Assembly: GCA_965197525.1 (NCBI GenBank)
Contig: OZ240211.1
Location: forward strand, 960,001-1,024,000
Length of the DNA stretch: 64,000 nucleotides
Reading direction: 5' to 3'
Source: Nitrosopumilus sp.
GTDB lineage: Archaea; Thermoproteota; Nitrososphaeria; Nitrososphaerales; Nitrosopumilaceae
The notes under the pieces were generated by a model. The model saw only the letters and a program-made list of their open reading frames with translations, had not been told where the DNA came from and ran no database searches. Positions 41,388 to 51,346 of this stretch are shown here, one piece after another. The first letter of the stretch is position 1; each line of letters opens with the position of its first letter. The translations under genes were made by a program, and so were the position numbers.

Positions 41388-41432
41388 AAATTTAAATTTG
41401 AGAATCATTATTTTTGTAGGTATACAGATACT

Positions 41433-42128
41433 ATGACTGAGGGTTTGGGAAATTATTGGGGAGAGGTAATAAAGGTACTAGAAGAGATAATCCCAGTATA
41501 CGATAAAGTCAATTCAATTATATCGTTAGGTAAAGATAAAAAACACCGGGATCGTGGAATTTCACAAAGGGTAGTTCCAGGTAACAAGATTCTTGATGCA
41601 GGTTCGGGTTTTGGGAATATGTCAAAGACTGCAATGAGATTAACTGATGGTAAAATTTCAGTTACACTCTATGATCCACTAGTACCCATGCTAAAAAATA
41701 CCAGCACGTATTTTGACAAGGCCCCAGATATGGCAAACGGGGTTTTTGAACACATTCCATTTAGGGAAGGGGAATTTGATGCAGTGTTGTGTGGATACTC
41801 TTTGAGGGATGCAATAGATCTGAAAAGTGCAATATCCGAAATTCACAGAGTGTTAAAAAAAGGGGGAAGGTTTGTGATTGTGGATTTAGGCAAACCGGAT
41901 GAGGTGTTTTTTAGAGCAGGTGTATCATTTTATTTGAGATGTATATTACCTATACTGGCATTTGCTGCAGGGGGTAGATTGGGTTTGAAGTTTGGAACAT
42001 TGTATGGCACGTACAAAAGATGGCCTCAAAACAAGAGATTGGAGAAGATGATACTGGAAAAATTTTCAAGAATAGAGTTTGAAAAAGACCTCATGGGTGG
42101 TGCAATAATGGTTGCAGCATACAAATGA
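41433..42128 (+). CDS. Class I SAM-dependent methyltransferase (UbiE/MenG-like)
   Basis: ILDAGSGFG and HRVLKKGGRFVIVD motifs. Confidence 0.85.
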   Translation: MTEGLGNYWGEVIKVLEEIIPVYDKVNSIISLGKDKKHRDRGISQRVVPGNKILDAGSGFGNMSKTAMRLTDGKISVTLYDPLVPMLKNTSTYFDKAPDMANGVFEHIPFREGEFDAVLCGYSLRDAIDLKSAISEIHRVLKKGGRFVIVDLGKPDEVFFRAGVSFYLRCILPILAFAAGGRLGLKFGTLYGTYKRWPQNKRLEKMILEKFSRIEFEKDLMGGAIMVAAYK

Positions 42129-43288
42129 ATCGAATCCTACTCGTAGTCAATTTGACTGGACTAATCATAGGAATATCCTATGGACTGCATGCACCGGTTC
42201 TACCGTTATTTGCACAAGATGTAATTGATGCAACATACTATGATCTAGGGTTAATCGGATTAGCAACATTTGTTCCTTACATAATCATTCCACTCTTTGT
42301 TGGAATCTTTCTTGATAGAATCAATAACTGGCATCTACTCTCCATAGGCACCATAATTAACTCGACATCAGTCTATCTGTTATCTGTAGCACAGTCAGTT
42401 CCAGAAGTCATAGGACTACGAGTGATGCTAGGAGTTGCTCATGCGTTTTTTTGGCCACCGTGTGAATCAATCATATCGTATGAGAGTACCCAGAAAGACA
42501 GGGTACAGAATATATCTCAATTTACAATGTTTTTTGTAACGGGTTTTATGATAGGACCTTTGATTGGCACAATACTATTAGAGAATCTTGACATTACCTA
42601 TAGAATTTTGTTTGAGATTTCAGGATTTGTTCTTGCAGCTGCAATAATTTTCTCACTTTCAGCCTCACGAAAGAATGTACGTGATCATCAAAGCAAGTTT
42701 TCACTTTCGTCAATCAAAGAGATGAAGCGATTTCCCGAAGTTATAGTGCTAGTAATCTTTTGTACAATTTCATTTGGAATTATCATCACAATCTATCCTG
42801 CATTCCTACATGATAACGGAATGAGTGCAGGAGATGTTTTGCTACTGTATTTTGTTTTCGGAATAGCACGCATAGGATCACTGATATTGATGAGAAAATT
42901 TGCAATCAGAACAAGCCAGACTTTGATTGCAGTAACCATTGCAATATCAATCGGGTTGGCAGTAACCGTAGTTGCAGATTCAATTATCACGTTTGGGGTT
43001 GCTTTGGTATTAATGGGATTCGGAGTTGCTGTATTCGGACCGCTAACGTTGGAAATAATTTTGAGAAAGACACACAAATCAATATCAGGAAAGATGATTG
43101 GTGCATACGAGGCAATCTTTGGGCTTGGTTGGGCCATTGGACCAATAGTTGGCGGTCCTATAGCACAGATATTTGGAAATAAAGCACCATACATTGTATT
43201 TTGTCTCATAGGAGTAGGAGTGGTGGTATTGGCCGTAGTTTCAAGAAATAAACTAGAGCTGGAGAACATCAGAGAAGATAAACAGTAG
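42125..43288 (+). CDS. MFS transporter
   Basis: About 12 TM helices; GPLIG and GPIVGG motifs. Confidence 0.88.
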   Translation: MNRILLVVNLTGLIIGISYGLHAPVLPLFAQDVIDATYYDLGLIGLATFVPYIIIPLFVGIFLDRINNWHLLSIGTIINSTSVYLLSVAQSVPEVIGLRVMLGVAHAFFWPPCESIISYESTQKDRVQNISQFTMFFVTGFMIGPLIGTILLENLDITYRILFEISGFVLAAAIIFSLSASRKNVRDHQSKFSLSSIKEMKRFPEVIVLVIFCTISFGIIITIYPAFLHDNGMSAGDVLLLYFVFGIARIGSLILMRKFAIRTSQTLIAVTIAISIGLAVTVVADSIITFGVALVLMGFGVAVFGPLTLEIILRKTHKSISGKMIGAYEAIFGLGWAIGPIVGGPIAQIFGNKAPYIVFCLIGVGVVVLAVVSRNKLELENIREDKQ

Positions 43289-43478
43289 TAGCGGTAGGAG
43301 TAGTAAGAGCATTATTCATTGTTTGTACATATTGTCTTGAATCATGACTGTCAGAGAATGGCAAAGAACGTCTTTAGATTTATTGAAATTAACATATCCT
43401 AGATAAACGAATAGTGATAGTCGTTTGAGCGTGAATTTAAAACATTAAGTTTAATTTTCAATAGAAGGATTGTAAAAC

Positions 43479-43874
43479 ATGACACTATCTGCGAACTTGC
43501 TAAACATTGGTGGAAGTGAATGGATGATTATAATCTTCGTTGCACTGATCTTGATTTTAGGGACAGGGAAACTTCCAGGAGCTGCAAAAAAGATGGGAAA
43601 GATGGTCAGTGAATACAACAAGGCAAAAAATGAGATCAAAGAATCAATAGACACTGAAGCTAAAAACTCGCCCAACATAGCAGGTCCCGTTGAGACAGAA
43701 CGAGAAAAGTTGGAGATGATTGCAAAATCAATAGGAGTCAAAACAGAAGAGAGAACAGATGAAGAGATAAGAGAGAGCATAGCAGCAAAGATGGGTCAAA
43801 AAAGAGTAAAAGAATCTGGGAGTGACAACAAACCAGACGATAGCAACAGTGAAAATAATAAAAAGATAACATAG
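43479..43874 (+). CDS. tatA: Twin-arginine translocase TatA/E subunit
   Basis: IGGSEW, TM helix, GTGKLP..AKKMGK amphipathic helix. Confidence 0.85.
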   Translation: MTLSANLLNIGGSEWMIIIFVALILILGTGKLPGAAKKMGKMVSEYNKAKNEIKESIDTEAKNSPNIAGPVETEREKLEMIAKSIGVKTEERTDEEIRESIAAKMGQKRVKESGSDNKPDDSNSENNKKIT

Positions 43875-43996
43875 GCTACACATAATGACTGAATTGCATA
43901 TTACAGATTTGTTCTAAACAAATATACGAACATGGATAGATAGTTTGATGATTTACCAGAACGTCATTAGAATACGTTATGGTTTTAATGTTGAGA

Positions 43997-44422
43997 CTAG
44001 ACTGCCAAGAGATTTGTTTTTTTCAAAAGTGTAAATGAGACAAGACCGGCAACACCACCTAGAATAACTCCCAAAACTGGACCGATGACTTGACTTATTG
44101 GAAGTATTATAATTTGAGCAGTCAAAATAGAAAACAAAACACCTGTAACTGTGAGATTTTTAAAAAGAATACAAAGTGCAACAAACAACATCAAAGAAGT
44201 GCATATTCCTAAAGCAAGTACAATGTACACACTCATTGCAATCCCATCAATGGATAACATAGTATCGCCAGAATAACTAGCAAGATCAACTAAAGGAATT
44301 GGAATCAGACCAATTATAACAACTACAAAAATGAGAGAAAGGGTTATTTTTGGTTTGGAGGCAGATAGCGTCATCACAAAAATAGATAGTGTGCTGTTTA
44401 TAACATTTGATCGAAGATACAA
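43997..44422 (-). CDS. Hypothetical membrane protein
   Basis: Four hydrophobic segments; start uncertain. Confidence 0.5.
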   Translation of the reverse strand: MYLRSNVINSTLSIFVMTLSASKPKITLSLIFVVVIIGLIPIPLVDLASYSGDTMLSIDGIAMSVYIVLALGICTSLMLFVALCILFKNLTVTGVLFSILTAQIIILPISQVIGPVLGVILGGVAGLVSFTLLKKTNLLAV

Positions 44423-44549
44423 TTACAATAGTAAGTGAGGGTTTGTTTGATTTTTGTGGCTGCCTGAACAGATAAAACTGGCATACCAAAAAGATTCTTT
44501 ATTAAAACAGTATCAAATAACAGAATAGTAATTACATCCATCACCGGAG

Positions 44550-45320
44550 CTATTTTCTTATTTGATATGTGTTCGTATCAAGTCGTTTTTTAGCAAATTG
44601 ATAATAGTCTGGAACTATTTCAAAGCCAAGAAACTTTCTTTTCAATAATTTGCTAACTACTGCAACTTGTCCTGAACCAAGAAATGGATCCAATACGACA
44701 TCGCGTTCTTCACTAGAGTATTGTAGTATTTTTTTGATGATTTCAGATGGAAGTTTGGTTGGTGTTTTTTCAGATCCGTTCCAATACTCTCTTTTGATAG
44801 TCCATACATCTTCTTTGTCCATATAATGAAGACTTTTTCCGGTTGTAGTCTTTTCGTCTTTATCAAATCTAGAGAAGGGGAAAAATTTGCGTTCTTTGTT
44901 GTCTTTGCAAACGTAGAGACAGTGATAATGCGAAGTGACAAATTTTTTTCTAGTAACAACACCGAACTGATATTTCCAGATAAGATGGTTAATAGTAATA
45001 AAACCTACATCGTCTAGAGCTTGCAGGATATCTTTAAGGTGATTCCATCCCGAAAAAACATACATACTGCCAGAGTTTTTCAGGATTCGAAATACCTCAC
45101 TCATCCATCTAAATGTAAAATCATAGTAATTTGCAGGCCTAATCTCATTATATCCAGATATCACTCTTGATGAAATTCTGTTATAATTTGGCTTATTTGC
45201 TTTAAAGTCTATAGCAAACGGAGGATCAGTGACAACAAGATCGATTCTATTTTCAGGAATTGACTTCATTCCTTCGATACAATCTTGATTGTAAATGCTG
45301 TTAATTTTTACAGTCTTCAT
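44550..45320 (-). CDS. Orphan N4/N6 DNA methyltransferase (beta class)
   Basis: TDPPF catalytic motif precedes the VLDPFLGSG SAM-binding motif; PTKLP. Confidence 0.9.
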   Translation of the reverse strand: MKTVKINSIYNQDCIEGMKSIPENRIDLVVTDPPFAIDFKANKPNYNRISSRVISGYNEIRPANYYDFTFRWMSEVFRILKNSGSMYVFSGWNHLKDILQALDDVGFITINHLIWKYQFGVVTRKKFVTSHYHCLYVCKDNKERKFFPFSRFDKDEKTTTGKSLHYMDKEDVWTIKREYWNGSEKTPTKLPSEIIKKILQYSSEERDVVLDPFLGSGQVAVVSKLLKRKFLGFEIVPDYYQFAKKRLDTNTYQIRK

Positions 45321-45578
45321 TTTAAATTAAAATTAAATTAAATTCTTTGTTTATAATTCATACAACATTATCAAGATGCTAACATCATATCATTATCATC
45401 GCATAAAACACTGAAACACACAAAACAAGATTCTGATCTTGAACCCGCAACCTAACAACAACCAAATTTTATACAGATTTTTGTAAAGCAGATAAGAGAA
45501 AACGACACATAATCACTTAAAAATACTGAAAAACTATAAAAGCACTATTAAATAGGGCTTTCAAAGGTTTTACACTAC

Positions 45579-45878
45579 ATGGCAACTAAAAAATCTCATG
45601 GGCGTTCACACGGTTTCAAACACAAATCAAGATCTGTTATGAAGAAGAAAGCCCCTAGAGGAGTATCATTTCTACTACGTGAATACCAGCAAGGCCAGCA
45701 AGCACTAGTAATTATTGATCCTAGACAGCATAAAGGACTGCCACATAGGAGATACCACGGCAAAGTGGGTGTCATTACGGAGGTAGGCAGACGTGCAATC
45801 ACGCTTGATGTAAAACTAGGCAACAAATCGAAAACCTTAATCACTAGGTTAGATCACATAAAACCATTCGGTGTATGA
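45579..45878 (+). CDS. rpl21e: 50S ribosomal protein L21e
   Basis: HKGLPHRRYHGKVG motif. Confidence 0.96.
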   Translation: MATKKSHGRSHGFKHKSRSVMKKKAPRGVSFLLREYQQGQQALVIIDPRQHKGLPHRRYHGKVGVITEVGRRAITLDVKLGNKSKTLITRLDHIKPFGV

Positions 45879-45879
45879 T

Positions 45880-46206
45880 ATGGAAGAAGTAAAAAAGAAA
45901 CAAGCAATTTCCCTTTCAGAAGTAAAAGAAATTTTAGGTAAAGTAGATGTTGAAGAGATGGATCAGATTCAACGATGGACGTATGATTATGTTTCAAAGT
46001 TTGTGACAACAGAAGCAAAACAAGCAAAAGAGATGAAGAAACGGCTAATCAAGGAATGTGAACTAGCAGAGCATGAGGCAGTAGAGATAGTTAACATTAG
46101 ACCTACCAGTTTGGCAGAATTACGCTCATTTACATTTGGTTGGAAGAAACTGATTCTTGCTGAAACTCTAGAAAAGATGCTCAAGATAATCAAGGAGTAT
46201 TCATAA
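45880..46206 (+). CDS. rpoF: RNA polymerase subunit F (Rpo4)
   Basis: EAVEIVNIRPTSLAELR motif; rpl21e-rpoF-DUF655-ksgA synteny. Confidence 0.9.
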   Translation: MEEVKKKQAISLSEVKEILGKVDVEEMDQIQRWTYDYVSKFVTTEAKQAKEMKKRLIKECELAEHEAVEIVNIRPTSLAELRSFTFGWKKLILAETLEKMLKIIKEYS

Positions 46207-46224
46207 ACATAGAGGTATTTTATT

Positions 46225-46791
46225 TTGGACAGGGCACAACAGCCACCAAGAAAGTATGAAGAGCATGCATACGTCTTAGATTTTACTGCTAGAACCAAAT
46301 CATCTACCGTACGAGGCAGAGAAGGAATTATTGTTACAACTGTAGGAGAAGATAGATTGACACTTTTGGAAATTCTTGCAGTTCCAAACTCTACATTTGA
46401 TATAGGTGAGAAAGTGCATATTGGGAAAGAGGGACGGACCAAAGTTTTGGCGGTGTTAGGAAAGATGGAGTATGCAAGAATTTCTCAAGCTGCACAAAAT
46501 GAGTTAGAGCCAGTAGTAGAGAAGATTGTAACGGTAAACGAGGAAAAATTTGTAAAGTATCTAAACAATGCGCAAGCACTAACACCAAGAATACACACAC
46601 TCGAACTAATTCCAGGGATTGGAAAGACGTACATGAAGACAATGTTAGAAGAAAGAGAGAGGCAAAAATTTGAGAGTTATGATGATCTACAAGAACGTGT
46701 AGGATTCAAAGAACCAATTAAACATATTACAGAACGAATAATGTACGAAATAACAGGTCAGAGTAGAATAAACATATTTGTCAAGAAATGA
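46225..46791 (+). CDS. DUF655 family putative RNA-binding protein
   Basis: YEEHAYVLDF and HTLELIPGIGK (HhH) motifs. Confidence 0.9.
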   Translation: MDRAQQPPRKYEEHAYVLDFTARTKSSTVRGREGIIVTTVGEDRLTLLEILAVPNSTFDIGEKVHIGKEGRTKVLAVLGKMEYARISQAAQNELEPVVEKIVTVNEEKFVKYLNNAQALTPRIHTLELIPGIGKTYMKTMLEERERQKFESYDDLQERVGFKEPIKHITERIMYEITGQSRINIFVKK

Positions 46792-47525
46792 CCGATAATA
46801 TACGACGACTGCAAAAAAGACAACAACAGCAATTAGGGCAACACTTCCTCAACTCAAAGACGATAGCTGAGATTATAGTCTCAAAGGCAGATATCACAAA
46901 AAACGATATAGTATTTGAGGTTGGGACAGGACTAGGCATTCTGACTCCATTATTATGCCAAAAAGCATGCAAAGTGATTTCAGTGGATGTAGACGAGGAA
47001 CTGGTTAAAAGAGCAACATCAGAAATGTCTCATATTGACAACCTAGTCCTAGAGTCAGGCGACGGTTTTAAGAGAGATGACACATTCTCGATATTTGTAT
47101 CAAACTTACCATACTCGAGGAGCAAAGATGCAATTGAGTGGCTTGCCCAAACAGAATTCTCGCATGGTGTAATCATGGTACAAAAAGAGTTTGCAGACAA
47201 ACTGCTGTTTGTAGAAGCATCAAAGGCAAGAAGAGCGATAACAGTTATTGCAAATTTTGCATTTAATATTACAATTATCTCCAAAGTTGGCAAGAACAAT
47301 TTTCAGCCGCCGCCAAAAATTGACTCTGTTATTTTAAAGATAGTCAAGAGAAATAATCTAACAAAAGATATGATTCATGTAATTAACAGAATTTTTTCAT
47401 ACAGAAGAAAGACGGTTAAAAATATTCTAAAACAGTTCAACAAAGAGACAACAAGTGATAAACGGGTAGATGACTTGTCAGTAGGAGAGATAGTAGATAT
47501 TGCAATCAAGATACTTGAGAGATAA
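46788..47525 (+). CDS. ksgA: 16S rRNA dimethyladenosine transferase
   Basis: LGQHFL, EVGTGLG, SNLPY and FQPPPKIDS motifs. Confidence 0.93.
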   Translation: MTDNIRRLQKRQQQQLGQHFLNSKTIAEIIVSKADITKNDIVFEVGTGLGILTPLLCQKACKVISVDVDEELVKRATSEMSHIDNLVLESGDGFKRDDTFSIFVSNLPYSRSKDAIEWLAQTEFSHGVIMVQKEFADKLLFVEASKARRAITVIANFAFNITIISKVGKNNFQPPPKIDSVILKIVKRNNLTKDMIHVINRIFSYRRKTVKNILKQFNKETTSDKRVDDLSVGEIVDIAIKILER

Positions 47526-48042
47526 TAAAGAAGAATACACCCCTGCAGAAGATACGTTCTTTATAGTCGATAATATCAAAGACAAGAAAGGCGATTTTGC
47601 TTTAGATGTTGGGAGTGGTTCCGGATATTTGACAAAGCTGCTAGCTGAGAATTTTTCATTTGTGGTTGGAACTGATGTCAATTACAGTGTATTAAAAGGG
47701 CAGACTACCTACAAGACAGAAAACCTCGTATGTTGTAACGGTTCAGATGCATTGGCAATGAAATTCGATCTTATTGTGTGTAATCTCCCTTATCTTGCAA
47801 CAGATGAAATACAAGATATTGCAACAGATGGCGGTAAAGAAGGATTTGAGGTGCCTAAAAAGATATTTGATTCGGTCATAGATAACATGGCCCAAGATGG
47901 CAAATTTATTTTTGTAACATCGTCACTATCAAACTATCAAAAGTTGATAAAATACACCCATATACTGGGCTTGAAGACCAGAATAATTGCAAGAAAAAAG
48001 TTATTTTTTGAAGAGCTAATCCTAGTAGAATCGGTAAAATAG
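47500..48042 (+). CDS. HemK2/Mtq2-like protein methyltransferase
   Basis: YTPAEDTF, LDVGSGSG, CNLPY and DGGKEG motifs. Confidence 0.88.
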   Translation: MQSRYLRDNKEEYTPAEDTFFIVDNIKDKKGDFALDVGSGSGYLTKLLAENFSFVVGTDVNYSVLKGQTTYKTENLVCCNGSDALAMKFDLIVCNLPYLATDEIQDIATDGGKEGFEVPKKIFDSVIDNMAQDGKFIFVTSSLSNYQKLIKYTHILGLKTRIIARKKLFFEELILVESVK

Positions 48043-48052
48043 CAAGATGCGG

Positions 48053-49093
48053 TTATCTTCGCAATATGCCTTTAGCACATCTAATAATTTCATCAGTCAT
48101 CTGTGTGGTAGAAGCAGTACCTCCAATATCCCATGTTACCGTCTTGCCTTCGTTAATGACTTGTTCGGTTGCAGTAAAGATTGCATCTCGGATATCCGTC
48201 TCGCCTAAATATTGTGCCATCCAAGCGCCAGACAAAACTGTTGCAGTAGGATTCACTTTATTCTGTCCTGCAAACTGTGGTGCACTTCCATGCGCTGCCT
48301 CAAACATTGCAAAGTCATCACCCATGTTTGCAGAATAAATCAGGCCAATAGATCCAACCAATCCAGAGGCCAACTCTGAGATAATATCCATAAACAAGTT
48401 GGTACTGGCAAGAACCGCTCCGTTGAACTGTTCGGGGGCCACTATCATCTGTTGGGCCATATTATCGATGTAAATCTCAGATAGCGTTACATCTGTTCCG
48501 TCTACTGCCCTCTGTGCAGAATCCCAGAATATGCCATCTGTCTGTTTTAAGATATTTCTTTTAGTTATTGCAACCATCTTTTTCATGCTGTGCTGGTCTG
48601 CCCACTTCATTGCAGAACCAAAAAATCGGTCACATCCTTGTTTTGTTATCTTTCTAATCGCGATTGCTGAATCATCAGTAATCTTTGTCTCAATGCCGGC
48701 ATACAACCCTTCAGTTGCTTCTCTAAAACATACACAGTCAAGTCGTTTGTCTGGTGTGAGCCTATCAAAAGTTTTAGTAGGTCTAATGTTAGCGTATAAC
48801 TCAAACTTTTGCCTCAATGTGACTGCAACGCTTTTTGGGGATTCAGGGACCGGAATTGTTGTGGTAGGACCTTTAAAGCACGCATCTGATTCATCTAGGA
48901 TGCGGATAGTCTCGTCTGGAATATAGGATTTGTCTCGTCTTCCGTTTTTATCCCATTGCTCAGAACCTGCCTCACAAAGAATAATCTCTGACTGGATGCC
49001 ACATTCGTTTAACACACAAAGCATGGAATCCACAACTTCTGGCCCAATACCATCACCTTTCATGACTGCTGCTACTTTTTTACCCAATATCAC
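48053..49093 (-). CDS. Isocitrate/isopropylmalate/homoisocitrate dehydrogenase family protein
   Basis: GDGIGPEV, FREATEGLY, FEAAHGSAP and NPTAT motifs; substrate not assignable by eye. Confidence 0.9.
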   Translation of the reverse strand: MILGKKVAAVMKGDGIGPEVVDSMLCVLNECGIQSEIILCEAGSEQWDKNGRRDKSYIPDETIRILDESDACFKGPTTTIPVPESPKSVAVTLRQKFELYANIRPTKTFDRLTPDKRLDCVCFREATEGLYAGIETKITDDSAIAIRKITKQGCDRFFGSAMKWADQHSMKKMVAITKRNILKQTDGIFWDSAQRAVDGTDVTLSEIYIDNMAQQMIVAPEQFNGAVLASTNLFMDIISELASGLVGSIGLIYSANMGDDFAMFEAAHGSAPQFAGQNKVNPTATVLSGAWMAQYLGETDIRDAIFTATEQVINEGKTVTWDIGGTASTTQMTDEIIRCAKGILRR

Positions 49094-49194
49094 AAAATTT
49101 TGAGATTTTATTATTTAATCCTACCCTTTCTTCAAATGTTGTCTATTTATTTTCTATAGTGATGATTTAATATGTAACAACATCAAGCGTATGT

Positions 49195-49941
49195 ATGCAG
49201 ATAGTTCAGATCTCGGATTTACATGTAGGTTCTCAGTTTCTGCAAGAGAAATTCGACATTCTAGTAAAAGAAGTAAACGAGTTAAATCCAGATGTCGTCC
49301 TAGTTACAGGAGACCTGACAAACGAGGGATTAACCAAAGAGTACGAAAAATGTAAATCGTTGCTAAGTCAGTTTCGTACAAAAAAGATTATCACGCTGAG
49401 TGGAAATCATGATTATAGAAATACAGGCTACCTGTTGTTTAAACAATTTTTTCCATTTGAAACTGTCAATCATCTAAGTGACGACGTTGTCCTAGTTACA
49501 ATCGGTACTGCTAGACCTGATAGGAACGAAGGAGAGGTAGGACACAGACAGAACGTGTGGTTGGAAAATACCATGAAAAAATACAAAGATCACGTAAAAA
49601 TTGTGGCAATGCATCATCACCTAATTGCAATTCCAGATACCGGATCTGATCAGTTGACAGTTGTTGATGCAGGAGACGTGCTACGTACAGTCATGGATTC
49701 AAATGTTGATATCGTACTGTGTGGGCACAAGCACAGACCATGGTTATGGAATTTCAAATCATTAATTGTCGCTAATGCAGGGACAGCAACATCTGAGCGC
49801 GTTCGGGGATTCTTTGAGAACACCTACAACATTATCACTGTATCAGATAAAAAAATTCATGTGGACCTTAAGATAGTAGGAGGAAGACGACTCCCGATGA
49901 ATGAGATAGTCGAAAATTATAGCAAGTTTGACGATAAATGA
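49195..49941 (+). CDS. Calcineurin-like metallophosphoesterase
   Basis: SDLH, GDLT, GNHD and GHKH motifs. Confidence 0.92.
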   Translation: MQIVQISDLHVGSQFLQEKFDILVKEVNELNPDVVLVTGDLTNEGLTKEYEKCKSLLSQFRTKKIITLSGNHDYRNTGYLLFKQFFPFETVNHLSDDVVLVTIGTARPDRNEGEVGHRQNVWLENTMKKYKDHVKIVAMHHHLIAIPDTGSDQLTVVDAGDVLRTVMDSNVDIVLCGHKHRPWLWNFKSLIVANAGTATSERVRGFFENTYNIITVSDKKIHVDLKIVGGRRLPMNEIVENYSKFDDK

Positions 49942-49973
49942 ATTTATTTACAGATAATTTTTAGAATCTGTAT

Positions 49974-50060
49974 GCGGGGATCGCCTAGCCTGGTAGGGCG
50001 TAGGATTGCTAATCCTATGTCCGCAAGGACACGGGGGTTCAAATCCCCCTCCCCGCGCCA
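49974..50060 (+). tRNA. tRNA-Ser(GCT), CCA encoded
   Basis: GCGGGGA/TCCCCGC acceptor stem, TAGGA-TTGCTAA-TCCTA anticodon arm, long variable arm, GTTCAAATC. Confidence 0.96.
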
Positions 50061-50095
50061 TTAAAACTTAATAGACCGTTAAAGTAAGTCTGACT

Positions 50096-50257
50096 ATGGG
50101 AAGACGAAAGACCCAAAAGATTATTCGTACCAGTCCAAAAAACGCAGCAACCGGAATGTGCCCTCTATGCAAAACAATCGGAAAGATATTCTTGCTAGGA
50201 GCCCCCGGCGAGGAGAGGGCAAAGTGTGAAAAGTGCCGACAAGAATTTGAATTATAA
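50096..50257 (+). CDS. Small basic zinc-ribbon protein (Elf1-like layout)
   Basis: Manual translation MGRRKTQKIIRTSPKNAATGMCPLCKTIGKIFLLGAPGEERAKCEKCRQEFEL with two CxxC. Confidence 0.7.
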   Translation: MGRRKTQKIIRTSPKNAATGMCPLCKTIGKIFLLGAPGEERAKCEKCRQEFEL

Positions 50258-50330
50258 AGTAACCAAAAACAATAATCAAGTGTCACCAGTAACCAATAAC
50301 TTTTTAACAGAATATCTATTTTAGATGATT

Positions 50331-50501
50331 ATGAGTGCAGAAGTTGAGACCATTTATGAACGTGTATCAAAACTTGAAGATGAAATAGCACTACTTCGAA
50401 ACGAAATTGACGTCATCAAACATACACTAAAAAATAGGATTATGCGTTATGAGATAGATAAAGTAAAGAACGGAGAGAACATAGACTCGATTATGGGCTA
50501 G
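50331..50501 (+). CDS. Small coiled-coil hypothetical protein
   Basis: Manual translation MSAEVETIYERVSKLEDEIALLRNEIDVIKHTLKNRIMRYEIDKVKNGENIDSIMG. Confidence 0.65.
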   Translation: MSAEVETIYERVSKLEDEIALLRNEIDVIKHTLKNRIMRYEIDKVKNGENIDSIMG

Positions 50502-51343
50502 TAGTTGTTTGTTTTAGTATTCTGATTAATTTTTTGTTTTAGTATTCTGATTAACTCCAAAATGAGATCCACATCCTCAGCATTCGGACTGATCTCCAAA
50601 TAACGGGTCAGGTATTCTAAAGCAGTTTCGTAATGTTGTAGCCTATCCTCCAAGATTCCCTTGTCCCTTATATCATCAGGGGATTCGGGTGCAATGGCTA
50701 GGATCATATCAATACAACGCAATGCCTTGTCGTAGACAAATGATTGAGCATAGGAGTTCTTCAAGTTACGCGCTAGTCTAACTAGTATATGAGTAGCGGT
50801 TATAGCATCAAGGTAGTGAGGTTGGAACTCTAGCTGCCCACCAAAATTAGCGTCCAAGATACTCTGCAGATCATCAATGTCTAGCAACCGTCCATCAGAG
50901 AACGGATCCAATATGGTCTCCTCGTTATACTTTACCAGTACGTGACCCGGGAACCCAATTACTTGAAGATCCAATTCGATAAACTTTGCAATCTCGACAT
51001 AAAGAATTGACAAGGTAATTGGAATGCCAGATCTCTTATCAATAACGTTGTTTAGAAAATTATTATTTGGATTATAATAGTCAGTGTCGTCTTTACTGAA
51101 ACCCAAATTCTGGAATAGATGCTCGTTTAGTATGGAGATCAAGTATGTGGGATTTTTAACATCACCGACTGATTCTTTGAGTGATTTACCGATTCGATTT
51201 ATTTTTTGGATATACTCATTGACATCTAAATCTGGATACTCTAAAAGCTGTGCAAATTTCAAAGATTTTTCAGCTAGGTTAAAGTTTGGATTTTTTACAA
51301 ATGCAAGCCATTCGGCAACAAATGGATCAAAGTCTTTGTCCAA
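50498..51343 (-). CDS. SirB1-family protein (transglutaminase-like domain plus TPR)
   Basis: RSGIPITLSILY, GFPGHVLV and DPFSDG motifs; C-terminal TPR. Confidence 0.88.
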   Translation of the reverse strand: MDKDFDPFVAEWLAFVKNPNFNLAEKSLKFAQLLEYPDLDVNEYIQKINRIGKSLKESVGDVKNPTYLISILNEHLFQNLGFSKDDTDYYNPNNNFLNNVIDKRSGIPITLSILYVEIAKFIELDLQVIGFPGHVLVKYNEETILDPFSDGRLLDIDDLQSILDANFGGQLEFQPHYLDAITATHILVRLARNLKNSYAQSFVYDKALRCIDMILAIAPESPDDIRDKGILEDRLQHYETALEYLTRYLEISPNAEDVDLILELIRILKQKINQNTKTNNY

Positions 51344-51346
51344 TTA

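Noticed and set aside
43997-44422. Ammonium transporter fragment
   Set aside because: The GPVLGVILGGVAGLVSF segment only loosely recalls Amt helices, and the similarity is too generic to call.
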